Shown here piece after piece: positions 1 through 12,200 of a stretch of 20,000 nucleotides of DNA (position 1 is the stretch's first letter; the number at the start of each line of letters is the position of its first letter). A program made the translations under genes and the position numbers. The notes beneath the pieces were generated by a model. It was not told the DNA's origin. It saw only the letters and a program-made list of their open reading frames with translations, and ran no database searches. The stretch spans positions 303,247 to 323,246 of the forward strand of contig CT868679.1 of the NCBI GenBank assembly GCA_000165425.1, given 5' to 3'. The stretch comes from Paramecium tetraurelia (Eukaryota).

Positions 1-2
1 AA

Positions 3-1450
3 TAATAATAGTAGGAATCTGCTTAAACTAATAGATCAGAATAACCTCATGATAAAGAGAAAACACAATCAAAGGAGATAATATAATAAGAGTAAAATGA
101 AAGTCAATCATAAAAGCCTTAGTCACAATCTGGAATAAGATCTATTAAGAGTGCAGGAAAAAGGGGTGAGAAAACAAATCCAGAATAGCCTTCTTAAAAA
201 GAAGGAGATAATACCTAATAACCTGATTAAACTAATTCAGTAAAGAAATCTAATAAAATTACTCCTAAAATATAATCAAGACCTTTATCTGGAGCAAATT
301 AGCCAATTGAGTTAAGTAGACCAAATTCGACAAAAAACTCAGTTAAAAAAATTACCATTGAATAACAATAGATGAAACAAGAATAATCTAACCAATAAGA
401 TAATAAGCCCCCAGAACTTACAGAATCTTAATTATCTATAGAAGATGCAAAAAGACTAACTTAAACAATGTCTTAGTAAGATCTGCCAGTAAAGTAATTG
501 TAAGAAACAGCATCTCATCCCTAACTGTAATAATAAGCAAATCCTCAAACCTAGAACTAATAACAGAGTTCAAAAAACAATTCAAGAATTTAATCAGGAA
601 AATCGTTATAAAAGTCTGATCGCACTCAAAAAAAAGTAGAATAGCCAAATCAAGATTCTACTTAATAATTGGAAAAAGATTAATAGCCACAAACTAAAAG
701 TGAGGATCAAAATAAAGAAATTAAAGATTCAAACACAATTAAATCAGAAGGAAAAAGCAAAGGTGGGTCAAATAAATCTTCTAATGCATAATAATAACCA
801 ATTTAGAATGAAGAAAGTAAACCTTAAAGTGCTAAAGATAAACAAAAACCAGTGACTAAAGAGTAGCAATAACCTGTATAAAATTAAGATGAACAAGTCT
901 TTCGTTAATAGCAAACAATAGAGTAGATTAAAGATAAGGCAAATCAGGAAGACATTCCATAAATTAAAGTTCAAAGTCCTCATAGTTCTATGAAGGGAAG
1001 CCAAGATATGAATTAGCTTGAAGCTTCTTTACATAAAGATGATTAAGTGGTAGAATAAGAATAAGAGTAAGTAGTAGAGCAAAATTAGGATATTCAAGAG
1101 GTCAGATCTTCAAATTAACAAGATTAGGAATAAGCAAATGAAAATGCTATTTAATAAAATAATGAATAAGAAAAATAAGAACAAAATAATGATTAGGATG
1201 TAAAAGGTCCAAAATCAGAATAAAATGGTTAAGAAGAACAGGAAGGAATGAAGTCTTCTGATAGTAATAGGTCGTAAAAAACTAATAAAGATGGTGGTTA
1301 GGATGAAGTTTTGGAAAAACCTGCTGAAGTTTTATTAGTCCCAGAAAGTCGACCCAAGACATTGGTTTATTAAAATTCGAGTAGCCTTGAATCTTAACCT
1401 CAATAAGAGTTGCAATCGTAGACAAAGCTGGGTCATAGCGATACACAATA
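3..1450 (+). repeat. Low-complexity, probably disordered Gln/Glu/Asn/Ser-rich coding segment
   Basis: Runs of TAA/TAG/CAA and GAA codons (QQQQESAQ..., EQEQEQVVEQ...) with very few aromatic residues. The end boundary is approximate. Confidence 0.7.
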
Positions 1451-3392
1451 ATTTGCTGAAACACAAAAGAAGATTGCAAAAGTTATTAGATACCCTGAAA
1501 ACTTTGAGGATTGGACTATAGAAGATTGTTTAAGAAGACTAGAAGAAGATCCTAATGATATCTTTCCTATGTTCAGATTGGCTATACTTTATACAGATGA
1601 TTTAGAAAAGGCCAAGGAATACCTTTTAAAAGTGACTGAAATGGACCCATTATTTGAGGTTGAAAAAGTAAATTGGGCTTTAGGAACAATTTTCGTCTCA
1701 GAAAAAGAATGGAAAAGAGCTCTACATCACTTCAGAATAGGCTATCAATATAGTTAAGATAGAGCTAAATCATATTTAGAAATAGCCAGATGTTATTAAA
1801 AATTGGGGGAGTTTGAGAAAGCAGAAAGAACATATAGAAGAGCCATTGATGCCAATAATAAAGATTATCTGCCTTATTATAAGTTGGGATGGATGCAAAT
1901 AAAGAATAAGTAATTAAAGGAAGGAATAGATAATTTATCAAAAGCATAAACCCTTGATTATTAAAATATGGACATCATTATAAAATTAGGAGAATCTTTA
2001 ATGATTTATGATGAAGATCCTACAGCTGTAGATGAGGCTGTTATTGTATTACATAAAGGAATGATAGTAGATCCATTAAATTATGAATGCACTAATGCGC
2101 TGGCTAGAGCATATGAAAAGAAGGGAGACTTAGTCAATGCTATTAAATATGGAAAGTTAGCAACAGAATAGCCAAATTCAAATTCAAACTCACATTATTT
2201 TTTAGGAACTTTATATATGAAGAAGAAGGATTTCAAAAGTGCTGCCGAATCATTTAGAACTTTATTGAGAATAAATAACGAGCACCCGGAGGCTCTAATT
2301 GAATATGCAACTATTTCAAGCATATAAGGTAATTTCGAAAAAGCAAAAAAATACTTGAAACATGCATTAAAATCAAGTCCAAATAACCCAGTTGCAAATA
2401 TGAGATTAGGTAGAATTTATTAAACGAAATTAAATGAATTAAACTCAGCAATTGAATGCTTTGCAAAGGTTTCTAGAGTAGATCCAACAAATTATAAAGC
2501 TTATTATTATATGGGTTAATGTTATATTTAGAAAGGAGAGCTAAATAAAGGAATTGAAAATATGAATATGTCTTTAAAGCACAATCAATCTTTTGGACTG
2601 GCTTGGAAAGCTGTTGGTAATATTATGTATGAGAAGAATCAGCCAGCTAAAGCTCTAAGATATTTCTAAAAAGCCATTGATTCAGATAAAAATGATATGG
2701 AAGCTAAGATTGGGTTGGGAAATTGTTATTATTTACAGGAACAATTTGAATAAGCTATTTAGATTTATGAAGAAATAAGTCATTTGGATCAAAATGAAGA
2801 ATTAGAATACAATATGGCAAATTGTTATTATATGAAAAATGATTTTGAGGAAGCGGTATTGCATTATTAGAAAGCATTAAGCATAAATCCTGATAAAATA
2901 GAATGTTATTATAATTTAGGAAATACATATTGTATTATGGAAAAATTCGAAGAAGCCTTAGAATGCTTTGAGAGAGTGGTAAAGGATGATCCTAAACATT
3001 CAGCAGCCTTCTATAATTATGCAAATACATTCTTTGTTTTATAAGATTATGAAAATGCAGCTAAATACTTTGAAAAGGCTGTTGAGTTATAGCCTGAAAA
3101 TGTTGATTGGAGGTATTTTAAAGATATGCAATTTTAGGAATTACGTAGCTTAATTATATATAGAGAAGGGTGATCTTAATGCAGCAAAAAGACATTTAGA
3201 TGAAAGCATGAGATTGTAGCCTAGGAATCCTGACACCTTAGTTAGATATGCAAATTACTATTATCAAATAGGAAACTACAAAGAGGCTATTTAAAAAGCA
3301 AAAGTATTAATTAACAATAATTATAGTAAACCTTGGCATTAGATGAAGCAAATGATGAAGCTAAATCATTAATTAGAGAACTTACTAAATGA
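3..3392 (+). CDS. TPR-repeat protein with long Q/E/S/K-rich low-complexity N-terminal region (5' end outside window)
   Basis: Codon starts at positions divisible by 3 read open from 3 with TAA/TAG=Gln. From ~1540 there is a run of TPR-like 34-aa units (e.g. AWKAVGNIMYEKNQPAKALRYFQKAIDSDKND; CYYNLGNTYCIMEKFEEALECFERVVKDDPKH). Introns 3113-3137 (25 nt) and 3304-3326 (23 nt), both GTA..TAG, restore the frame. TGA at 3390-3392. Confidence 0.9.
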
Positions 3393-3978
3393 TTATTAAA
3401 AACATAAGACATTTATTTTATTCCAAATTTTATTTAATCAAGTCTATATTTATCAATGCAATATTATATTATTCTAATATACAATCATTAATTTAGAACT
3501 CATAAGATCAAGTTTGATGCTTGGATTTAATTTATTTAAAAATTTCATGCAACTATCCATCAAACAATATTAACTATGATTGCATTTTAGTAGTTTTAAT
3601 AATGCAGAACATTAATGAGAAAATAATCTGAAAATGTTGAGAGTACTAGAAATTTTTATTTGTAGTTAATAGTATTTATATACTCTTTAGAATATAATTT
3701 ACAATAACAAACTAAAAATTATTTGATATTTTTTGATTAATTTGATATTGATTTTGATTTAATTTTATATTTTATACTCATTCCATAAACATAAATATAT
3801 TTCTCATAAAATTACTGAAAATGTATATTATTACCTACTACTATGAATGCGAATTGCTTAAAAATAATAAAAAACTTAATTATAAAGTCGATTTTTGATT
3901 GAAAGGAATCAATTATTTCGAAATAGAATTGAGAAGATCAAAGGGATGATGGGTTCTGATAATAATTATTTTAAATTA

Positions 3979-4004
3979 TAGAATATTCTAGTATTTTTAG
4001 GATA
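3979..4004 (+). promoter_or_regulatory. Candidate heat-shock element upstream of Hsp110
   Basis: Perfect palindrome TAGAATATTCTA (3979-3990) gives nGAAn-nTTCn, followed in 5-bp phase by degenerate aGTAt tTTTa gGATa. It lies 40-65 bp upstream of the Hsp110 ATG. A second TTCnnGAA is at 4020-4027. Confidence 0.55.
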
Positions 4005-4044
4005 TTTAATAGCGGCTGATTCGAGAAAAATTTTAAACTAATTA

Positions 4045-6556
4045 ATGTCTTAGCTTGCTTCAATTGGTATAGACTTTGGAAGTCAAAGGTCAGTGATTGC
4101 TGCTGCTCTCAGAGGAGGTGTAAAGATTTTAGACAATGAGGGAGCTCATAGGGAAACATAAAATGTTATAGGATTTACTGCTGAAGAACGATTTATTGGT
4201 GAATAAGGAGCACTATAATAGAAGTCCAATTTCAAAAATTCTATTGGATTTTTTAATAGGTTTCTAGGAATTCAAGGAAAACAAGCATTTCTTGCTGAGG
4301 AAATGAAATGGTTAACAGTTCCTACATCAATCCATGAATCTGGAAAAACACTATTTGAAGTGACTTACCTTGGGTAAAAGGCTAACTTCACTCCTGAATA
4401 GTTGACAGGCACTATGCTAAATAAATTGAAGCATATTATCTAATTAAACGACATCAATATTTCATCAAGTAATGTGTGTATAAGTGTACCTGCATATTAC
4501 ACAGAATCAGAAAGAAAAGCACTTATTGATGCTTGCAAAATAGCAGACATTCCACTAGAGAGATTGCTGAATGAAACTACTGCAATAGCTATTAATTATG
4601 GGCTTTTTAGAAAAACAGAGTTAGATCCAAAGACACCAAGAAATGTAGCATTTGTTGATTTAGGTCATTCTAAATTTTCAGCATTTGTTGGTTCATTTTA
4701 CAAAGAAAAAGCTTAAGTTTTGGCCTAAGTTTGCGAAAGAAATTTAGGAGCTAGAGATATAGATTGGGTTTTATTTGAGAAATTTGCAACTTAATTTGAA
4801 ATAAAAACAAGCGGATTGAGTGTTAGGAAAAATGCTAAGGGAAGATTACGTTTACTAGAAGCAATAGAGAAAGCTAGAAAGGTCTTGTCTGCAAATTCTG
4901 AAGCTTAAATTAATGTTGAATATTTAGTTGAAGATGAGGATTTTAATACTCTAATAAAAAGAGATGAATTCGAATAATTAGCTTAACCTGTTTTATTGTA
5001 GATATAAGCACAACTTGAATTGTTGTATAATTAGGTTTAAAACTTAAAATTATAACTGCATTCAGTTGAAATAGTAGGAGGAGCAACTAGAATACCAGCT
5101 GTATAGCGATTGATTGAGAAAATATTCAAAATTGAATAAGTTTCAAGAACTTTAAATGCAAGTGAATCAATTTCAAGAGGATGTGGAATGATGGCTGCAA
5201 TGAGAAGCCCAAACTTTAGAGTTACTGAGTATAAAATAGAAGATTGCAATTACTATCCAATAAGAGTTGGTTGGCTTTATGATCAAAAACTGAATAAATT
5301 AGATTAAAGTAAGGGTTTGGCGAGATGTTTCCCTGAAAAATAATGTAAAATTTTGTTTGAATAAAACAATCCAATTCCTTCAATCAAAAGTTTCACTTTA
5401 ATGAAAACACAGCCAATTTAATTAACTCTCTTTTATGATCCAGTCCCTCAAGGGTTTGATCCAATTATATGTAAATTAAAATATTAATATTCCTAGAATA
5501 AGTACAAGTTCCTCCTCTAGTTCCCAAACACAAAGAGCATACAACTAAAATAAAAGTGTTGCTTGATTAGAATGGTCTATTAAACTTAGAAGAAGTCGTA
5601 TTAATAGAAGAATTTATGGAAGATGTCAAAGTACCTGTAAATTTCTAATCTTAATTTAGGTTGAAAAATAAAAGTTAACTACTTCTGAAAAGTAAGAAGA
5701 AGGTTAATAGTAATAAAAAGATGCACAAGTACAAAAGGAGGTTAAGGTAGAAGAACCAGAATATGAAATAAAATAAAAAAAGAAAACTATACAAAGTTAA
5801 GTGAACTGTGAGACTACTTGTTTATATTCTTTAACAAAGAAAGAGATCGATCATTATTTCTAATAAGAGTGTGAAATGCTTAATAATGATAATTAAATTC
5901 ATGAAACTCAATTCAAAAAGAATCAATTGGAATCTTATATTTATTCTTGGAGGGAAAATTTGAATGGAAAATATGCAGAAAATGTTAAACCTGAATTAAA
6001 GGAAAGAATTTTAAAAGAATTAGACCTCCAATATGAATGGTTATATGGAGATGGCTAAAAGACTACAAAGAGAGAATATTCTGATAGATATGACAGGCTT
6101 GTTTCTTTATGTGGTCCAATAGCCACAATAGCAGATGAGTATAGACAAATACCTGAAGTCATTTAAGAAGTTTAAAAATATAGTTTAATTTATGAAAACT
6201 TTGTAAATTCATAAGTAAATAATTATTTAATTTCAAAGGATTAACAATATGCTCACATTTCGATAGAAGAGAGAAATCTTGTTGCAAATGAATTAAAATT
6301 ATTCAATTAATGGTGCTATAATACAATAGAGTTATTGAAAAATGCTGATAAAACAGTTAGATTTGCTATCTCAGTTTAACAGGTTAATACAAAATATGTA
6401 GAATTATAACAGGTAAGGATTTATAATATAACATAGAAATGTCAACCAATTGTAACTAAACCTAAACCAGAATCCATAAAGGAAGAAAAGGTTATCGATG
6501 ACACCAAATAATAATAATAAAATAATGTTAATGGAAATAAAATGGAAACTGAATGA
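4045..6556 (+). CDS. HSP110: Hsp110/SSE-type Hsp70-superfamily chaperone / nucleotide exchange factor, ~804 aa
   Basis: MSQLASIGIDFGSQRSVIA; ISVPAYYTESERKALIDA; LLNETTAIAINYG; VDLGHS; VEIVGGATRIP; TLNASESISRG; acidic insertion; KNQLESYIY; EWLYGDG. Introns 5471-5496, 5637-5659, 6215-6238, 6413-6436. Spliced length 2415 nt is divisible by 3. TGA at 6554-6556. Confidence 0.95.
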
Positions 6557-6625
6557 TTAATTATTTATGTTATGTAGATAAATATATATTGGTATATTTA
6601 ATTTCTAACTAACAAGTAAAACCAA

Positions 6626-8978
6626 TCATAACAGTTCTTCATATCTAAAAAAAGTTGATGGTTTCCTTGCTGTATTTGGCTTGCATAAAGATCTGTCACT
6701 ATGTTGTGAGACGGGTCTTTAGTTGTCTATAACCATAAGAGGAGTTGTTGGTTCGTGGTACTTAGACTCCATTAATTGAAATTATGTCATTTTCTATTAA
6801 ATTATAAGATTTTGTCTTTTTAATTGCTAAATATATTTTTATTTTTACTTGTAACAATTGATCATTTCTGTCCTTTAGTTTTTCAACATACTCAACTAAG
6901 TTTTATCTTTCCTAAGAGTATCTTAGTTTATCTAATTTTAATGCCTCAATTTTTTACTCTTCACATCTATTAGGTTTCATGGATTCATAATTAGTTATGT
7001 AATCCATGACTCCTTGCTCAATAAGAGGATGTTTAAGAGAATCTTCCATGATATCAGATATTTTTTTGGAAACATCAAGTGGCAATTTTAAATTAACTAG
7101 ATTTGTAGTGATTGCTCTATGGATGGTATTCAATAAATTTTAAAGTGATAACTTTTGCATCACTTGTTCAATAGTTTAAGATTTAGTAATTATCTTAGTT
7201 AGCTTACTTTAGGTAATTTCTCCATTGATAATTTATTCTAATTTTCTAGAATAATCAATATTTATTTAATCCATTTTATCCTTAAGTTAATTATTTTGAT
7301 AATCATCAATATCATTATTTAGGATATTCAACTAATCATTTAATGAATTAATTTCATCAAATAAAATTTAGTTATATTCTGCTCTTATATTGTTTTCTCC
7401 TCTTTACAATTTATTAACCATCTTCTCTAAACTCTCAATTTTTTAATTTAATTAAGTTATTTTTACTTGTTTTCTCTAACATTCCATTTTAGATTAGCCT
7501 AATTGTATTTTGAGATCATCAATTTATTTTAAATAATTAATCTCATTCTCTTTTTATTCAATAATATTCTCTGGTTAAGAAGCTTTCTTTGATGAAAAGA
7601 ATGATAAATCAATTTAAAGACAAGATTTATCTGTCATTAAACTCATTGATGGATGCTTTGATTTATTCCCTTTCTCTTAATTTATTTAAGAATCGTAATG
7701 TTTGATCAAATTATTTTCATTCGGGATGTCTAAAATTGACTTTCTTTTTAACTATTCTAACTCCTGATGAGCTAATTATAACTGTAATTTCAAATCTTTT
7801 ATCATCTATTGCATCATCTCTGAAGACATCTTCACATTCATTTTATAATGATTTTTTATAGATTTAGCTCTCGATGCAAATTTTAAAGTGCTTATGGTTT
7901 CATCCATAGATGTTACGTGTGATGAACATGTGACTATCTATAATGATATTTATAAAATATCTTACTAAAGAAGTTTTGTAGTTTCCACCCAAAGATTCCT
8001 ATAAAATTCTAGTTAATTTTGAATTTCTGTATGGAATATGGTCATTATTTGTAGTCAATGCATGAATAACATTCCCTAAACAAGAAAGCGATAAATTAAT
8101 CTTTTTCGCCTCTTCTAGTATTTCTCCTTATGCACCCGTTTTGCCTACCTTTTCTGAACCTGCTAAATCAACTAGATTTAGTTTTCCTTTCTTTTCAGTT
8201 TCATTCGGTAATCTTTATTTGATTTCCAACATGAAAATAGTATGGGATCTGGAACTATATTAATTAATTCTTGTAGCAGCTACTTTTCTTGTCTATTCTC
8301 CTAGTTCCACAATTCTAAGCAACTCATCTTGACTTTATAATGATAATTGAGTTAGTCCTTCGACATAAATACCCTTGGTTGCACTTTCCTTTATCTTTAA
8401 ATCTGGACGCTACAATGATAGTAAATCAAATAAGGTTTCCTTATAAATTTCTAGCATTGAACAAGTTAATACAAACTCACATTCTGGATCACTTTGATTT
8501 ATGTATGTGAATATCTCTTAACTAACATATTAATTATAATCTAATACATCGATCTTGGTATTATTCCTTGACCATTCGAATCTCTCAATTCCCCAAACAT
8601 CGTATATGTCTTTCCTGATCCAGTCTACCCATAAGCAAAGATAGTGCTGTTGTATCCATTTAGAACATCCTAAATTGCATCTCTTCCAACTGAATCATAA
8701 ACTGTTAATTGATTGGAAGTAGGAGGGAAGACTCTATCAAATGTATGGATCACATCTGGCTAAAGGAGGACTGTGTGTATATCTGGAAAGATGCAAAAGT
8801 CTTGAGAGGGATTGTTCTCTTCCATTTTGTTTAAAGGACGAAAGCGAGCAAACACTTTGATATTAGAAGTGTTTTCAGACAGCACGTTTCTAGGTGAATT
8901 AAGTCTTTTAGGCATTGGTGACTTGGCTCTTTTTTTTGCTGAACTATCTGAGTCGAATAAAGCAGGGATCTTCTTCAT
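6626..8978 (-). CDS. N-terminal-motor kinesin (kinesin-1-like motor) with coiled-coil tail, ~758 aa
   Basis: [10 protein letters not shown]-loop [14 protein letters not shown] (Q encoded by TAG at 8625-8627); switch I SSRSH; switch [30 protein letters not shown]. Introns 8522-8547, 7938-7965, 6827-6848. Spliced length 2277 nt. TGA at 6628-6626. Confidence 0.95.
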
Positions 8979-9213
8979 TGTTAACTGTTAAATAAATTAT
9001 TTTAATGAATTTTGATAATATTAAGAAAAATGTACAACTGATAGTATATGTACAAATCGATTTACACAAGCCATTTAAGTTCATTTTTGAATCTCTTATT
9101 TATAACTCTAACTTCAAAGCACAAATATTTTAAACAAATTTCCAATGAACTGATCATTTTTATATTATAAAATATGATAAACAAGTTGAGTTTTTGATTA
9201 TTAAAAATAAAAT

Positions 9214-12200
9214 ATGTAATAACATGTGGATCCATCAACTTAAATTCTTAAGCTCATTACTATTCTAAACTAGAAAGGATAGGAAGTTGTAGATAAAAAA
9301 CCTGCCATTTTTAACGAGATAATCAAAATCACAAAATAGGTAATTGAAGGAAAATAAGATTCTTAACAAATTCAGAGACTTCAATAGGATGATTTCATTT
9401 TGTGGGCTCGCAATCAGTTATAAGATAATAAAGCTTAAAGTAATATGAGAATACTCATATTGTAGTTCGATAATATGCAATCAAGTTTTTGAGATACCTC
9501 ATTACAGATCAAAAGATTCTTGGAATATACCGACAAAAAGGAGTACATTATTTCATTGCTCGTTCATTACAAAGAGATTGTAAACAACCAACGAAGAACG
9601 ATAGCACAAGCAGATAATAGCAATAGCCATAATACATTTAGTAAGAAGTTCTATAAGCATTGAAATTCTCAAATAAATGGTTGGAAAAATTGGGTGGGTG
9701 CTAAAATCAAAATTTAACAACAACAAGCAAATTCCCAAAAATTTTAGGGAATGCTCTTGTAGCATTGGCAGAATCCTGTGAAGAATCGCTTAAAAGTTAT
9801 GCTATAATAACATTAAGAGCTTTTGCACTAAATGCACCAGAAATGTGTAGTTGGTGTGGAGGCATAAGAATATTGATTGAAAATGCAATGGAACCAAACC
9901 TATCTAGAATATCTGACTAAATTGTATGGACTCTATTGTATTTATTAAATGAGCCTTCCGCTCGAACCACAATAAGAATGTATTTAGATTTATCAAAATG
10001 GTTTTCAATTTTTACTGAAATAGATCCCCCCATTGATCAAGCAAAAAATGATAAAAATAGAACTACAAACAATAATTTTGAAGCAAATTTGCAATTGGCA
10101 AAAAAAGCAATAATAACAGTGCTCAAATCATGGCAAGGTCTAATTTATTTAGGAGATGAAAGACAAGCTCTAAAGTCATTAATATAAGTATTAAGACAAC
10201 CAATCAAACCAGCAATCAGAAATTCTATTTATGATATTTTGAAATCATTATTATAATTAGGAAATAAAGAGAACGTTGGAGTTAGTGTAGTCAACAGATA
10301 ACAATAATAAGATGGATTTATTGGAGAGTATAAAATCAATAATTTACTCAATAATTATTTAGTTATGTTAGTATAGGTTCTATTGGATTGTGATTTATTC
10401 AAAATTTTGGTTGAATTAAGTGGATTACCAGATTAAGATGTATCAGGTCCAGCATAAAGATTTTTAAAAGAATTATCCTCTTTGATGTTTAATTTAATTC
10501 CAGATTGCCACAAATATACGGATTTTTTAATTGCTGCTGCTAATTAAAATGATCCCTTTTTATAAGATTTAAAATCATGGTCATCTGAAATTGTTAATAC
10601 TATGGGTAATTATGCTTTTGATAATACAAACAAGAAAGGAAGGAATTAGATTTCAAAATTCTTGTATTAATGTGAAAGCTTATATTTGACTACACAATTA
10701 GGATTACCAACACATAAGATTAATAATGAAACGGTTGGAATCATTCGTGGGTAAATTGAATAAGAGGCTGATTAAAATAAATTTGAAACTTTATTAAGTA
10801 AGTCTTATGTCTTAGAGAAAAAAGAAGACAACTCAAAGTGGAATTGGAATTATATATTGGACTTATTGGAAAATTACTTATATGATGAAAGTAGATATTA
10901 AGAAACAATTAAGAATAGGTTTTTAAAAAATCTTCTAACCTACTACTTTCCATCAAATATGCAATTTTGTAAAATGGATTGGAAACCAGATTTTATCCAA
11001 GCCAAGTGCGGTTATTTATTATTAAAATTGTTGCTTAGAGATAAAGTTGGAAGAGAAATTATTTCATCAACTACAGGAGGATATTTGGGAATAGCTAAAA
11101 GCTACATATAAGATTTAATTAGTTTATTGAAAGCTGACAACTCAATAATCGTAGGTTTGAAGTCCTCTGTTGATTAAAATGCTTAAAGACACGCAGCCTA
11201 ATACTTATTGAATCCTGAATAATATTCACAGAAGATGATTCGAGAATACATCTCTTGGATTGGTCTCTTTTCCTGTTCAAAAAGTGGATAAACTATTCTG
11301 GAAAATACTGGGATATTTGCAATATTAAAAGACTATATTTTAGAAAGCGGAATTAGAGATCATGTTCTCATACATGTATTTATTGAATTTAATAGTTTAG
11401 TTAATTCACTCATTCGATTATGGAAAGCAATCTTAGGCCAGGGTCTTTTTTAGTAATTGCTTAGAAGATGGATCGAACACTCTTATCAAAGCATGTCTTG
11501 ATTTCATTAGATTACTATACAGAAGCGAATTACATGATTTTAATATTTGGGCTATTGATTTGTTGATAAATTGCTTAAAAAAAACCGATGATATAGGTCT
11601 AAAAGCCTTATCAGTGATTGAAGAAGTGACTTAAGATATAGAAAATGCAAACAGATTTTTAGAAAAAGTAGACATTCATCGATTATTACAATTGTGTTAG
11701 AAATGTGAAAGTCAACTGATAATTATGCTTTTATCTCATAAAAAAGGATTTGAAAAAATATATAAAGATTTAAATGAATATTTGTTAAACGAAATAGAAA
11801 GGTGGAAATAAAGTGAATGTGAAAATTATATTGAGAAGGTTGAAAAAGTGATGTGTGATGCCTTAGAATTTGTATCATCTGAAGAATAGCAATATCTATT
11901 CAAATTTCCTTTATTATAAAATAATAATGAAAATCCAAACGCATCTATTGGTTTTGTTTATAAGATGCCCTGGAGTATGCTTTTGAACTGTGAGCTTGGT
12001 AGTGAAGGAAACGGTATTTTATATCATTTAAGTAGATCTCGTTTACTTGAATGTAACAATTGATTATCCTGGAACTACAAATTTATTTATATTGGTTGGA
12101 AAGAGTGATCGATTTATTTAATTTCATAGTAACAATCCTTTTGTTCTTAAACTTCAAATAAACGTTGGCAAGATATTTGTAGACTAATCATTTAAAGAAG

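Noticed and set aside
436..1479. Minus-strand ORFs in the supplied track (also 1765-1947, 5037-5249, 9553-9765, 15066-15251)
   Set aside because: Antisense shadows of real genes, hydrophobic only because the sense strand is A-rich.
3940..3960. GATGATGGGTTCTGAT resembling C/D snoRNA boxes
   Set aside because: Box C is imperfect, the spacing is far too short and there is no terminal stem.
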